A stretch of 46,318 nucleotides of DNA from Octopus bimaculoides (Eukaryota), in the NCBI RefSeq assembly GCF_001194135.2, contig NC_068991.1:53858694-53905011 (forward strand), read 5' to 3'. The translations under genes and the position numbers were made by a program. Each line of letters begins with the position of its first letter. Within the stretch, counting starts at the first letter, position 1. Positions 1-11,037 of the stretch are shown piece by piece. The notes under the pieces were generated by a model. That model was not told the DNA's origin and made no database searches. It saw only the letters and a program-made list of their open reading frames with translations.

Positions 1-301
1 GGGTGTTGTGAGTGTTTATTGAGTGAAAACACCTAAAGCTCCATGAGGCTCCGGCAGGGGGTGGTGGCGAATCTTGCTGTACTCTTTCACCACAACTTTC
101 TCTCACTCTTACTCCCTGTTTCTGTTGTGCCTGTAATTTAAAGGGTCAGCCTTGTCACGCTGAATATCCCCGAGAACTATGTTAAAGGTACACATGTCTG
201 TGGAGTGCTCGGCCACTTGCACGTTAATTTCACGCGCAGGCTGTTCCGTTGATTGGATCAACTGGAACCCTCGACGTCGTAAGCGACGGAGTGCCAACAA
301 C
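1..301 (+). mobile_element. SINE family B (tRNA-derived), 5' end cut by the window edge
   Basis: Highly similar to copies at 7463-7959, 32803-33102 and 40750-41132; ends ...CGACGGAGTGCC(AAC)n. Confidence 0.9.
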
Positions 302-904
302 AGTTTAGTTTAAATGTCTCGTATATGTGAACATATATAAGAACGGACTAAAAAATATTACTTATCTGAAAACAAAGCATAGTTTTCAAAGTTCCAATGG
401 AATTAAAGTAGGTGCCCATTCTGACATGACAATATAGTTAAATGCGAACAAATATAAGGCCAATACGTAAACACAAGGACGAGAAAGTAAAATTAAATAT
501 ACGGGTTTATGGTTACTTAAATCAATTAGAGCAGGTCGGCAATCATTAAAGCAAAATGTTTTGAAAAATCTAAGCCGGCAGACATAGGCTCGGGAACAGG
601 AGGTACAGCGGGAGCTAGTGCACCCACTAAAATTTTTTGGTGATGGTGGGGGGCGGGCAATGAAAATGCTTTGAACATTCTCTCGAAAAACTTCATCGCC
701 AAAACGAACGAGCGTAGAAATATTTTTGGATTGATATGAAACATTTTCCTATTATTGGGAGTTATTTGATTTGATTGATGCACAAATATGATAGTAATAT
801 TAATTATTATACCTGTATTTGTTTTGACAGGATTGAAAAAAATCGACCTTGATTTAAAAAAAAATTTGGACCTGGGTTTGTACCCCCAAAGCAATTTTCG
901 TTCC

Positions 905-1556
905 CGCATCTATGCTGCATAACATGATTACATCTCACATTTTATTAACGAGAATATCTTTTGTCACATATCTCTAAGGATTCTCTGCTGTATTTCGTTT
1001 TTTGTACACAGTTTGGGGCCATCCATATAGGAAGGAGGCTTATTTTTATTCTGGTTTTGAGAAAGTCATATGCAAGGCTGAGTTTTTCTCAGTATCCTTG
1101 TGAGATAGATTAGCGCAAGGACAAAAAGAAATGGAGACAGCGACTCGCTGAAATATCCCTGAGCATATTTTCATGTTTCATAAAGATTCATTTGTGCATG
1201 TTCGTTCTACATCTCACGACATCACTGCATTTTCTAAAAACAAAACAGAACGGTTTATCATCTCTCCTCCACATTGATACCGAACGTCCTCAGGCTCTCG
1301 CAAAGCCAGTAACGTTTAACATTAACTAAAACTTTCTTATAATCTATGCAACCAACAGATAAGTTCTTTCTTATTCGTGCCTCAGTTAGTATCACACTAA
1401 CAATACATAACAAATCAGCAGTTCCTCTTCATTGCTTTCTGCATTTCTTTTGTTCCTCTGTTTGATAAATTCTCCCGCTCCAGAAAACTATACGCTTTAT
1501 CTGTCATGAGGCCAGTTAATAATTTCCAGAGTCATAAGCTTGTAATAAGTCTATAA
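905..1556 (-). mobile_element. Decayed R4/Dong-like non-LTR retrotransposon reverse transcriptase fragment
   Basis: Manual minus-strand translation with stops and frameshifts: YRLITSL..LWKLLTG, EEQKKCRK, KNLSVGCIDYKK, GIFSESLSPFLFVLALIYLTRILRK, YMDGPKL. These match R4-clade RT motifs (YRPITCL, EEQKGCR, AWIDYKKAYD, GIFQGDSLSP, YMDDLKL). Confidence 0.8.
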
Positions 1557-1585
1557 TTACAGCCTGTGAGTGTATGTATGTGATT

Positions 1586-1586
1586 T

Positions 1587-1641
<55 letters not shown>

Positions 1642-1643
1642 TA

Positions 1644-1687
<44 letters not shown>
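1586..1687. repeat. Compound (TG)n(AG)n(TG)n microsatellite
   Basis: Directly visible. Confidence 0.95.
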
Positions 1688-1690
<3 letters not shown>

Positions 1691-2057
1691 ATGTATGCTT
1701 AAATATAAAAATGAAAACCGAAAAATAAAACCAGTATTTGTGCCAAAATTATTGAACAAGAAACGTCACAATTCTGCATAAACATATTATTTTAAACACG
1801 ACCCTTATGTTATTTGTTACAAATACACACAGCTCATTTTTAAATTCTTTAATCACTACTTTTTATTTTAAAAAATGGATATAGCTCAAAGGTATCCCTG
1901 TGGCAACATTATACTCCTTGCGCATGGCCTAGAGGTTAATTCTTTGTGCAGGCCGGTCGGCAAAAAAGTTGACGTAGGAGTCCATCATAAACACACATAT
2001 AACGATAGAAAGAGAGAGAGAGAAGGAGAGAGAGAGACAGATGTATGTATATATATA

Positions 2058-2361
2058 TCGTGATCACGTGATCGCATAATCTACCGGAATATCGGATGTT
2101 GTTATACATCACTGGCCACAATGCGCTTTACATCATTTTAACTTTCGATTGATGCTACCCCATTGGCTCGGCGAGCAAGTTAACATTTCCCCTTGATCGG
2201 AAAACTAGTCTGTCGCAGAGTTACCCATTTACAGTTGATTGCAGTGGGACAACGTAAAATGAAGTATTTTGTTCATGAACGCAACGCGATGCCCGGTCCG
2301 GCTATGGAACCCACGATCGTTAGATCGTGAGTGTAGCACCCTAACTACTAGACCATGCACC
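2058..2361 (-). mobile_element. SINE family C (tRNA head plus CORE-like central domain), diverged
   Basis: Reverse complement has a tRNA-like head followed by CATTTTACGTTGTCCCACTGCAATCAACTGTAAATGGG; related heads at 7990, 17352, 25762, 40265. Confidence 0.75.
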
Positions 2362-2401
2362 TTCACAAACACACACACATATACACATACACACTTATGC
2401 A

Positions 2402-2815
2402 GGCGCAGGAGCGGCTATGTGGTAAAAAGTCCTCTTCCTAATTACATGGTTCAGTCTCATTACGTGGCACCTTGGGCAAGTATCTTCTATAGCTCTAGGC
2501 CGACCAAAGACACATGAATGGATTTGGTATACGGAAACTGAAAACTGTAAATTCGAGGTCACTGACCAAATCGACAAGTTGGTACATTTAAACTAAGAGT
2601 CGTACATGCATGTGTCTTTGTGTTTGTCCTCCTACCACTGTTTGACAACCGCTGCTGGGTTGTTTTCGTCCCTGTAACTTAGCAAATCGGTATAAGCGAC
2701 AAATAGAATAAGTATCAGACTTTAAAAAAGTACTGGAGTGGATTCGCTCGGCTAATACCTTTCACGGTGGTGCACCAACATGGTCGCAGTCCAATGAGTA
2801 AAGTAAGTAAAAGAT
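2402..2815 (+). mobile_element. SINE family A
   Basis: GGCGCAGGAG..GTGGTAA head, CACCTTGGGCAAG, ACGGAAACTGAA, internal microsatellite, GTAAAAGA tail; more than 10 related copies in the window. Confidence 0.85.
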
Positions 2816-2820
2816 AAAAC

Positions 2821-2851
<31 letters not shown>

Positions 2852-3636
2852 CACACAATATATATGAAATTTATGTATGTATGTATATACATATATATNN
2901 NNNNNNNNNNNNNNNNNNNNNNNNNNNNNNNNNNNNNNNNNNNNNNNNNNNNNNNNNNNNNNNNNNNNNNNNNNNNNNNNNNNNNNNNNNNNNNNNNNNN
3001 NNNNNNNNNNNNNNNNNNNNNNNNNNNNNNNNNNNNNNNNNNNNNNNNNNNNNNNNNNNNNNNNNNNNNNNNNNNNNNNNNNNNNNNNNNNNNNNNNNNN
3101 NNNNNNNNNNNNNNNNNNNNNNNNNNNNNNNNNNNNNNNNNNNNNNNNNNNNNNNNNNNNNNNNNNNNNNNNNNNNNNNNNNNNNNNNNNNNNNNNNNNN
3201 NNNNNNNNNNNNNNNNNNNNNNNNNNNNNNNNNNNNNNNNNNNNNNNNNNNNNNNNNNNNNNNNNNNNNNNNNTATATATATATATATATAGGTGTATGT
3301 GCTTATGTGTGTGTTAGTGCGCGTATATGGTGAAAGGGAATATGAATTAAAGAAATCTAGGCGAATATCTCGGCACTCCACGCGGTTAACTTGGCTAACA
3401 TCAGGTCTAATGAAGAGTCTAGTTATCCATATGAGTTAAATGTACTGGGTGACTGAAGAAACAGTAAATTGGAGGTCATTGACCAATCGACACCTTGGTA
3501 CATTTAAACTAGGAGTATATCAACAATCAGACAATGATGAATTATATTCTCACATTCACTGAATGAAGTTATGTATGAATAATACTCTTCGCTCTTTGTC
3601 TCGTTGCTGTATATACACACATCTCTCTATTTTTCT

Positions 3637-3637
3637 T

Positions 3638-3668
<31 letters not shown>

Positions 3669-3690
3669 CTCTCTCTCTCTCACACACACA

Positions 3691-3757
<67 letters not shown>

Positions 3758-3766
3758 TCTCTTTCT

Positions 3767-3805
<39 letters not shown>

Positions 3806-3809
3806 CCAC
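3637..3809. repeat. Mixed (CT)n/(CA)n microsatellite abutting an assembly gap
   Basis: Directly visible. Confidence 0.95.
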
Positions 3810-4247
3810 NNNNNNNNNNNNNNNNNNNNNNNNNNNNNNNNNNNNNNNNNNNNNNNNNNNNNNNNNNNNNNNNNNNNNNNNNNNNNNNNNNNNNNNNNNN
3901 NNNNNNNNNNNNNNNNNNNNNNNNNNNNNNNNNNNNNNNNNNNNNNNNNNNNNNNNNNNNNNNNNNNNNNNNNNNNNNNNNNNNNNNNNNNNNNNNNNNN
4001 NNNNNNNNNNNNNNNNNNNNNNNNNNNNNNNNNNNNNNNNNNNNNNNNNNNNNNNNNNNNNNNNNNNNNNNNNNNNNNNNNNNNNNNNNNNNNNNNNNNN
4101 NNNNNNNNNNNNNNNNNNNNNNNNNNNNNNNNNNNNNNNNNNNNNNNNNNNNNNNNNNNNNNNNNNNNNNNNNNNNNNNNNNNNNNNNNNNNNNNNNNNN
4201 NNNNNNNNNNNNNNNNNNNNNNNNNNNNNNNNNNNNNNNATATATAT

Positions 4248-5330
4248 GAAATTTACAGAAAAACAAAAGACGGAGACAGGTATATAAACAACAAGCAGGT
4301 GTATTAGTTCGACGATCGGGAAGGTGAGAAGTCTTTTACGTTTCGAGCCTACGTTCTTCAACAGAAAGGAACATGAGTAAATAAACAGAGAGAGAATAAG
4401 AAAAACTTGTGGATTTAGCGGTCACTCATGGCGACTGGTTGGAAAAAGGTAGTTGGACAGGAGAGCTAGGAAGAAGAGGAGATAAAAATGTATTGGTGAT
4501 CCCAAGACGAAGGTGCGTGTGCGTCTGTGTATGTGAGAGTGTGTGTTTGGATAGGGGCTGGTGACTTTGACGTGTGTATGTGTGCGTGTGCAAGTGTCTG
4601 CGTCTGTAAAGTATGGTTCATGGTGTGGGTGCTGGGAAGTGGTCAGTGGTAGCGTGTGCGGAGTGGTGTGGGGTGGTGTGATGTGGTGTGGGGTGGTGTG
4701 ATGTGGTGTGGNNNNNNNNNNNNNNNNNNNNNNNNNNNNNNNNNNNNNGTGGATAGGAGTGAAGACAGGAAGCAGGTTTCAGATGAAGAGAGGAGAGGAG
4801 GTGAGTTGAGCCCATATGGCGCAAAGGAGCGAAGAGAGAAGATTAACTACTGTTCACGGCGAAGGCGGAAGTCCGGTGATCGCTGTGCAAAGACAATCCG
4901 AACAGACAGGTGTTGTAATGACTCACCGGTAGAGCGGAAATGGCGCGAAACCAGGGTACCATTGCTGAGTCTAATGTCTCGAAGGTGCTCCGCGAATCGG
5001 TCAGCCAAGCGGCGTCCCGTTTGACCGATGTACTGAGAAGGACATAAAGAGCAGGAGATGCAGTAAGTGACGTTGCTAGAAGTGCAGGTAAAAGAGTCAG
5101 TGATATGATAGGGACGATGATGGGTGCCTGCGAAGATGGTGGTGTTGGAGAGGTAGGGGCAAGTGCGGAAGCATGGGCGAGAGCAGGTAAACGAGCTAAG
5201 TTGGGAGACACAGACACCAGGTAGGCGGTGCTATGAGCTGACTGAAGAGGGTGACTATCTTATGCTATAAGGCGGCTCGTGCCAAACGGCAACTCCTTTA
5301 TGCTATACGTGGGCTCGTGACCGAAGAGGA
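4248..5330 (-). mobile_element. Penelope-like element 3' part: Cys-rich linker, GIY-YIG endonuclease and terminal repeat (possibly Neptune-like)
   Basis: Minus-strand translation CSRPCFRTCPYL...DSFTCTSSNVTYCISCSLCPSQYIGQTGRRLADRFAEHLRDIR...SRHF...FAPYGLN with one internal stop, followed by a terminal region with a hammerhead-like motif. Confidence 0.88.
4333..4368 (-). ncRNA. Minimal hammerhead-like motif with a variant core
   Basis: CTTT-CTGTTGA-A-GAAC GTAG GCTC-GAAAC-GTA-AAAG: 4-bp helix I, palindromic ACGT helix III, core has U at position 6 instead of A. Confidence 0.5.
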
Positions 5331-5659
5331 GATAACTACTCCGAAATGCTAGCATCTCACAGTCTGGGAAGGTGACGCTGTGAGCTCATCTCGGTGTATA
5401 TACACCAGTTGTCAACTAACGGGATATATTTTCTGTGACAAAACGCAGTGAATAGCTAGTTCACCAGTTCGAAAGTGCCTCAAGATATTCGGACTGATAA
5501 TAACATTAAAGTCTTACTTATCACTGCTTAGCACGATCCCCACCACCACTATAATTTAGATTTAGGTAACCACAGAAACACGTGTCGGATTGGAACTTAA
5601 TGAGAATAATACTGTACTAAACAAATTTTGAAGACGTATAGCTCTCCATCCCTCCTTGT

Positions 5660-5697
<38 letters not shown>

Positions 5698-5889
5698 CAC
5701 GCGCGCACGTACGCACGCACACACACATAAACACACATACATCTTCCGTTTTTATTTAACTGAATTCTTCCTCTGAGGAAGGAACTGGTTTCTAACAAAG
5801 ATACGAAACTCCATCGTTAGAATGTATATAACAAAAGCAATGTCGCATATGAAATTGAGGAAAGTCTTGCATATGTTTACTGTTCCACT

Positions 5890-6225
5890 TACAGATTGTA
5901 TTTGTAGTGTATGTATGCATGTGTTTGTGTGTGTGTGTGTGTGTATGCACGTATGTATGTATGAATTAATGAATGTACGTATGGTTGAATGTATGTATGT
6001 ATGAATAAATGTATGTATGTATGTATGTGTGTGTATGCATGTATGTATATATGAATTAATGAATGTATGTATGCACGTACGTACGCAAGCACGCACACGT
6101 ACGTACGTATTTATGTATGTATGTTTCTATGTATGTATGCTTGAATGTATGTATGTATGTATGTATGTATGTATGTATGTATCTATGCATGTATGTATGC
6201 ATGTATGTATGTATGTATGCATGTA
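5890..6225. repeat. Long degenerate (TATG)n/(TG)n simple repeat
   Basis: Directly visible; explains the MYVC/HTYI ORFs. Confidence 0.95.
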
Positions 6226-7204
6226 CAAATGAGGGGCTTTCACACAGTTTCTACCTATCAGATTTATTCACAGAGCATGGATGAACTCGAGGTTGTAGTA
6301 GAAGAAACTTGCCCAAGATGCAGTGCGGTGAAACTGAACCCGAAACCTCGTGATCTGTTTCAGAAATATATGTTAGAAAAGTTACCTGTGCTTGTTTGAT
6401 GCGAAAGAGAGAGGAAAACTGAATATAATTTAAGAAAACTCCACCCCAAAACATAAGAATTTTCCCTAAGAAATATATAAACATGAAAGTTATGCAAGTG
6501 CAGCTCACATTGATTGTGCTAATATATATCGTTAAACGCATACATAATTTATGTGATAATTATTTCGTTTAATGTAAGTGCAATAAATAAATGATGATAG
6601 AATAAGAACTAGGACGAGAGAAAGACGAGAGAAAGACGAGAGAAAGAGATAGAAAGGGAAAGAATATAATGGGATAGACTGTGTGATCGGAGCGAGAAGG
6701 TGATAGAGAAGGGAGTAATAGGAAAGATTGGTGGTAGTAGTATTTTTTCTTGTGTGTGAGTACGCGTTTGTTTCTGATACATGTGACAGAGAGAGAGAGA
6801 GAGGGGGGAGGAGAGCTAGAGAGAGGGGGGGGAGAGCTAGAGAGAGAGAGAGACAGAGATAGAGAAAGACAGAGACAGAGACAGACAGACTGACAGTGAG
6901 AGAAAGTGTTGGTGAGTGTGTTCTGTATGTGTGTAATAGAAATAGAGATGGCTGAAAGTGAGAGATAATGATGGATGTCACAAGAGGATGAGCAATTGTA
7001 AGATAGCACGATAGATGTCAATAAATAGTGGCCCGCGGAGGGAGAGGGAGTAATGGTCGGCAGTGATAGCAGATGAGTAATGGTAGGATATATCGAATAT
7101 AAACAAGTCCGATGTAATCCCTAGTTACAGGACGATCGTGATGGGAGAAGGTAGAGTGATAAGAATGGTGGCAGGGGTATTGAACACGGAGAGATCCAGA
7201 TCTC

Positions 7205-7282
7205 TGTTTACTTCCTGTAGCCATCTTTAAATCTCTTCACTTATTTACTACTTCCGCTACGTAAAAACAACACTCGCGAATA
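7205..7282. promoter_or_regulatory. Candidate TATA-less promoter motif cluster (ETS x2, YY1, TCGCGA)
   Basis: ACTTCCTG, GCCATCTT (AAGATGGC on minus), ACTTCCGC and CTCGCGAA within about 80 bp of non-repetitive-looking sequence; motif-level evidence only. Confidence 0.35.
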
Positions 7283-7462
7283 TTTCGGTTAGAGTTATTG
7301 CAAAAATTTCGGAATAAGCACACCGCCCCCACCCCAAACCGTGCTGTAGTAGTTTTTTTTTAGAAAGATTTTCGTTGTTCGGTTTTAAACAATCAGGATT
7401 CTCAACGTGATGCGTATTTTTTTTTTTTTTTGCTTTATTGTTGCTTATATTTGTGTTGTTGT

Positions 7463-7959
7463 GGAGGCGCNNNNNNNNNNNNNNNNNNNNNNNNNNNNNN
7501 NNNNNNNNNNNNNNNNNNNNNNNNNNNNNNNNNNNNNNNNNNNNNNNNNNNNNNNNNNNNNNNNNNNNNNNNNNNNNNNNNNNNNNNNNNNNNNNNNNNN
7601 GCGGACTCGCGGTCGTAGGATCGCGGTTTCGATTCCCAGACCGGGTGTTGTGAGTGTTTATTGAGCGAAAACACCTAAAGTTCCACGAGGCTCCGGCAGG
7701 GAGGGGGTGGTGGCGATCCCTGCTGTACTCTTTCACCACAACTTTCTCTCACTCTTACTTCCTGTTTCTGTTGTACCTGTAATTCAAAGGGTCAGCCTTG
7801 TCACACTGTGTCACGCTGAATCTCCCCCGAGAAAGACGTTAAGGGTACACGTGTCTGTGGAGTGTTCAGCCACTTGCACGTTAATTTCACGAGCAGGCTG
7901 TTCCGTTGATCGGATCAACTGGAACCCTCGTCGTCGTAACCGACGGAGTGTCAACACAC
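7463..7959 (+). mobile_element. SINE family B, full length, with 12-bp target-site duplication
   Basis: GGAGGCGC head interrupted by an N-gap; ATATTTGTGTTG at 7447-7458 and 7960-7971. Confidence 0.92.
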
Positions 7960-7989
7960 ATATTTGTGTTGAAGGTCCCTGACCTTTTG

Positions 7990-8100
7990 ATTAGGAAGTC
8001 ATTCGTGCGGTCGTGGTTTCGATTCTCAGACCGGGCGGTGCGTTATGTTCTCCAACAAAATACTTCATTTCACGTTGCTTCAATCTACTCAGCTGTAAAT
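7990..8100 (+). mobile_element. SINE family C head/core fragment
   Basis: GGTTTCGATTCTCAGACCGGG...CACGTTGCTTCAATCTACTCAGCTGTAAAT. Confidence 0.7.
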
Positions 8101-8280
8101 TGGTTTCAAATTTTGACTCAAAGCCAGTAAACTTGGAGAAGTGGGTAAATCGATTACATCGACCCCAGTGATCAACTGGATCTTATTTTATCGACCTCGA
8201 AAGGATGAAAGACAAAGTCGACCTCGGCAGAATTTGAACTCAGAACGTGAAGACGGATGGAATGCCGCTAAATATTTTAC
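8101..8280 (-). mobile_element. SINE family D fragment
   Basis: Reverse complement of TTCTGAGTTCAAATTCTGCCGAGGTCGACTTTG..CATCCTTTCG. Confidence 0.8.
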
Positions 8281-9344
8281 AGCTTACCGCATTTCTACTT
8301 ATCCGTAAATTAGTAACACTAGAGTCTCGTTCAGGAGAGAGCGCTGGGATCTCGGTCACTTATGCGCAAGGAAATCGAGTAATCAGCGTTATGAGTTCTT
8401 GGACTTAATACAGTCCAAGGTTTACCATAGTTGTGTTGTTCTTGTTTAATATGGAAGTGTGTGATTGTATCAAATTGCTTCAATGTTGTCATCCAGTATC
8501 ACTGCATGTTCGTGGTGAGTTAGCTAAGTACGTCCTGCGTCAACTCTAGTCAATAGATTTGCATTCATCAGAGCGTCAGTTGCAGATAAAACACTATAAC
8601 TTCTACTCTTCAAGGCAGTGTCCCAGTATGGCAGCAGTCTAATGACTGAAATAAGTAAAAGATAAAAGATGTTACAGTGACTAAGTCAGAGATTTCTCGA
8701 CGTTATCAACTTTTACTTAGATAATGTGAGATGGTAAATCTTAGTATTGAAGGAATTAATAAATTATGGTGAGTATAGAACTTCTTGGACTTTTTTAGCA
8801 ACAGTGACAACACGTTTGACAATTATAATCTATCCTGAAGTTTTCCTGTTAAGTTTTCGCTGTCAAGTTTGTAAACTTCTTCAGATTTTAAAAATTAAAA
8901 TAGATCGTGATGATATCCATGGAAAACAGTTAAATTTCTTCTGTAAAGTTTTGTCCATATGTGAAATCTTCTTCGCTATTTGTATAAACATGGAAAGGAA
9001 TTTCAGTGGCATCGGCATTTATGGTAGAAAGAGCAGTAAGAATTCTGCCGTCACATAGTTGCACCACCCAATCAATATAACACACTATTGAACTTAAGAC
9101 ATGATACTGTTGGTTTAGAGACAATTTAGAACTCTTATTCTATATATCACCGATGGAGATGAATCGATACTATCTTTAGCAGTCGTGCGACCATAATTGA
9201 TAAGCCCAAGGAAGGTTGAAAGCACTTGATTTGGTAGTCTCGGCGCTAGAGGTGGCGGGGGATTTATCTCCTTGCTAGCAATATAAACAAGAGTGCATTT
9301 TGCATCAAAAGCCAATATGAGAGTTTCTCTCATGGTAACTACCG

Positions 9345-9515
9345 CAGTATAGCTTGTTCTTCTTTCAGTTTCCGTCTACCACATCTACTTCGAAGGCTTT
9401 GACCGATCTGAGGCTATAGTAGAAGACACTTCCCCGAGGTTCCACGCATTGGGACTGAACCTGGAACCATGTGGTTGAGAAAGAAAATTTTTACCACACA
9501 GCTACGCCCGCGCCT
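9345..9515 (-). mobile_element. SINE family A 5' half
   Basis: Reverse complement of the family A head through ACGGAAACTGAAAG. Confidence 0.8.
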
Positions 9516-10609
9516 AAATTAAAATAAATTTCATCTTTATAAGATGGAATATTAAAATTTGTAGGAATAGGGTTGGTGGCAGCTAGCCAGAAAAATATCA
9601 CACTTCAACCATATACTGCATGTTTGTTGTCCAATGCACGCAACAGATCCTTCACTTCTTGTTCTAACATCTGTTGAATTGTTTGGTCTTCTTTTAAACA
9701 TCTAATCTTCAAAAACTATCAACGCGAAGCATGTAAATTTCTAATTGTTTTGAAGACTGTAATACGTTTACAAATTCCTTGGGTTATGTTATGCTGACGA
9801 TTTCTGATATGAAATGGCGCGATACCAATGACCAGAAATTTTCAAATTTTTGTAAGGAATAAGAGAAAAAAATTGAATATGTATATTTTGTGCGTCTTTT
9901 TTCCCTTTCCTTTGATTTAAAATTCAAACTTGTAATCCCGTCAAGATTTATATAGAAATTACCTCCTTTATAATAAACTGGCTACCAGAGCATACCGTAT
10001 GTTTGAAATTTCTAAGCATTTCACTGGAATGCGTAGTTCAGGTTCCTTCAAGCACTGTTCGTCTTTCTCGACCAATTTCTGAAAGATTCAGAATCTGGCA
10101 TGTGGGCATAATATTCTTTACATGCAATATTGTTAGCAGTAAGCAAATCATGTACATTCTGCCGATAGCTTCTAAGACCATTTCACGTTGTCTCATTCTT
10201 TCCTTTCCGTGATTTAGACATATTATTCGAAATATTGCCAAAAATCCTCATAAAGAATTCCACGTGACTGAGGATCCTCTTAATTTTATTGATTAACTCG
10301 AGCGCCTTTATGGCATGATTTGGTTTCAAACACAATAATTTGTTGACTGGGTCAATGTATCAGCAAACATTAGACATCAGGATATTTTAGTTGCATGGTA
10401 ACTGAAACATCACCAGTACATCGGCAGTTTTTCATAACTTAAACTTTTATAACATCAATTTTCAATACCAACGTCATCTCGTTGGCACTGGACACTTTTT
10501 CTTCCTTTTACAGGGAAGTTGTAAAATGATCAACACTGTTGTTCCTATGAACCTATTATATAGAAGGATGTTTAAATGTCTGAGTAGAAGCACACCACTT
10601 AATAGTGGT

Positions 10610-11037
10610 TTCAAATTTTGGCACAAGGCCAACAATTTCGAGGGAGGGGGGGAAGTCAATTATATCGATCTCAGTGATTAAATGGTACTTATTTTATCGA
10701 TCCCGAAAGGATGTAGAGCAAAGTCGACTCTAGCAGAATTTGAACTCAGAACATAAAGGCTGCCGAAATGCCGCTAAGCATATTGTTCGGCGTACTTACA
10801 AGTCGGCCAATTCGCCGCCTTAGATAAAAGCTTATTATATTCGTTTCAAATTTTGGCGCAAGGCCAGTAACGTCGGAGGAGGGGGCAAGTCTGTTACATC
10901 GTCGCCATATTTTATCGACTCTGAAAGGATGATGTGTAAAGTCGACCCCGGCGGCATTTGAACTCAGAATGTAGAGACAGACGAAATGCCGCTAAGCATT
11001 TCGCTCGGCGTGCTAACGATTCCGCCAGCGCGCCGCT
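10610..11037 (-). mobile_element. Two head-to-tail SINE family D copies
   Basis: Heads ending at about 10820 and 11037; both carry GAGTTCAAA B-box and GTCGAC body motifs. Confidence 0.85.

Noticed and set aside
526-909. 127-aa minus-strand ORF
   Set aside because: No recognisable domain; it abuts the decayed R4 relic and an MITE-like GC patch at about 585-660 whose partner end was not found.
4843-5217. 124-aa ORF MSVSPNLARL...
   Set aside because: Alternative frame of the PLE GIY-YIG sequence, not a host gene.
7471-7600. 130-N gap inside a SINE head
   Set aside because: Comparison with the copy at 40750-41132 implies only about 21 bp are missing; a gap-size artefact, not biology.
8721-8768. 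Possible 48-nt exon with GTGAGT donor
   Set aside because: Stops in all three frames; could be a 5' UTR exon, but splice-like motifs alone are insufficient.
9560-10600. Coding-like minus-strand sequence
   Set aside because: Short open stretches, but no motif I can assign; needs tBLASTx.
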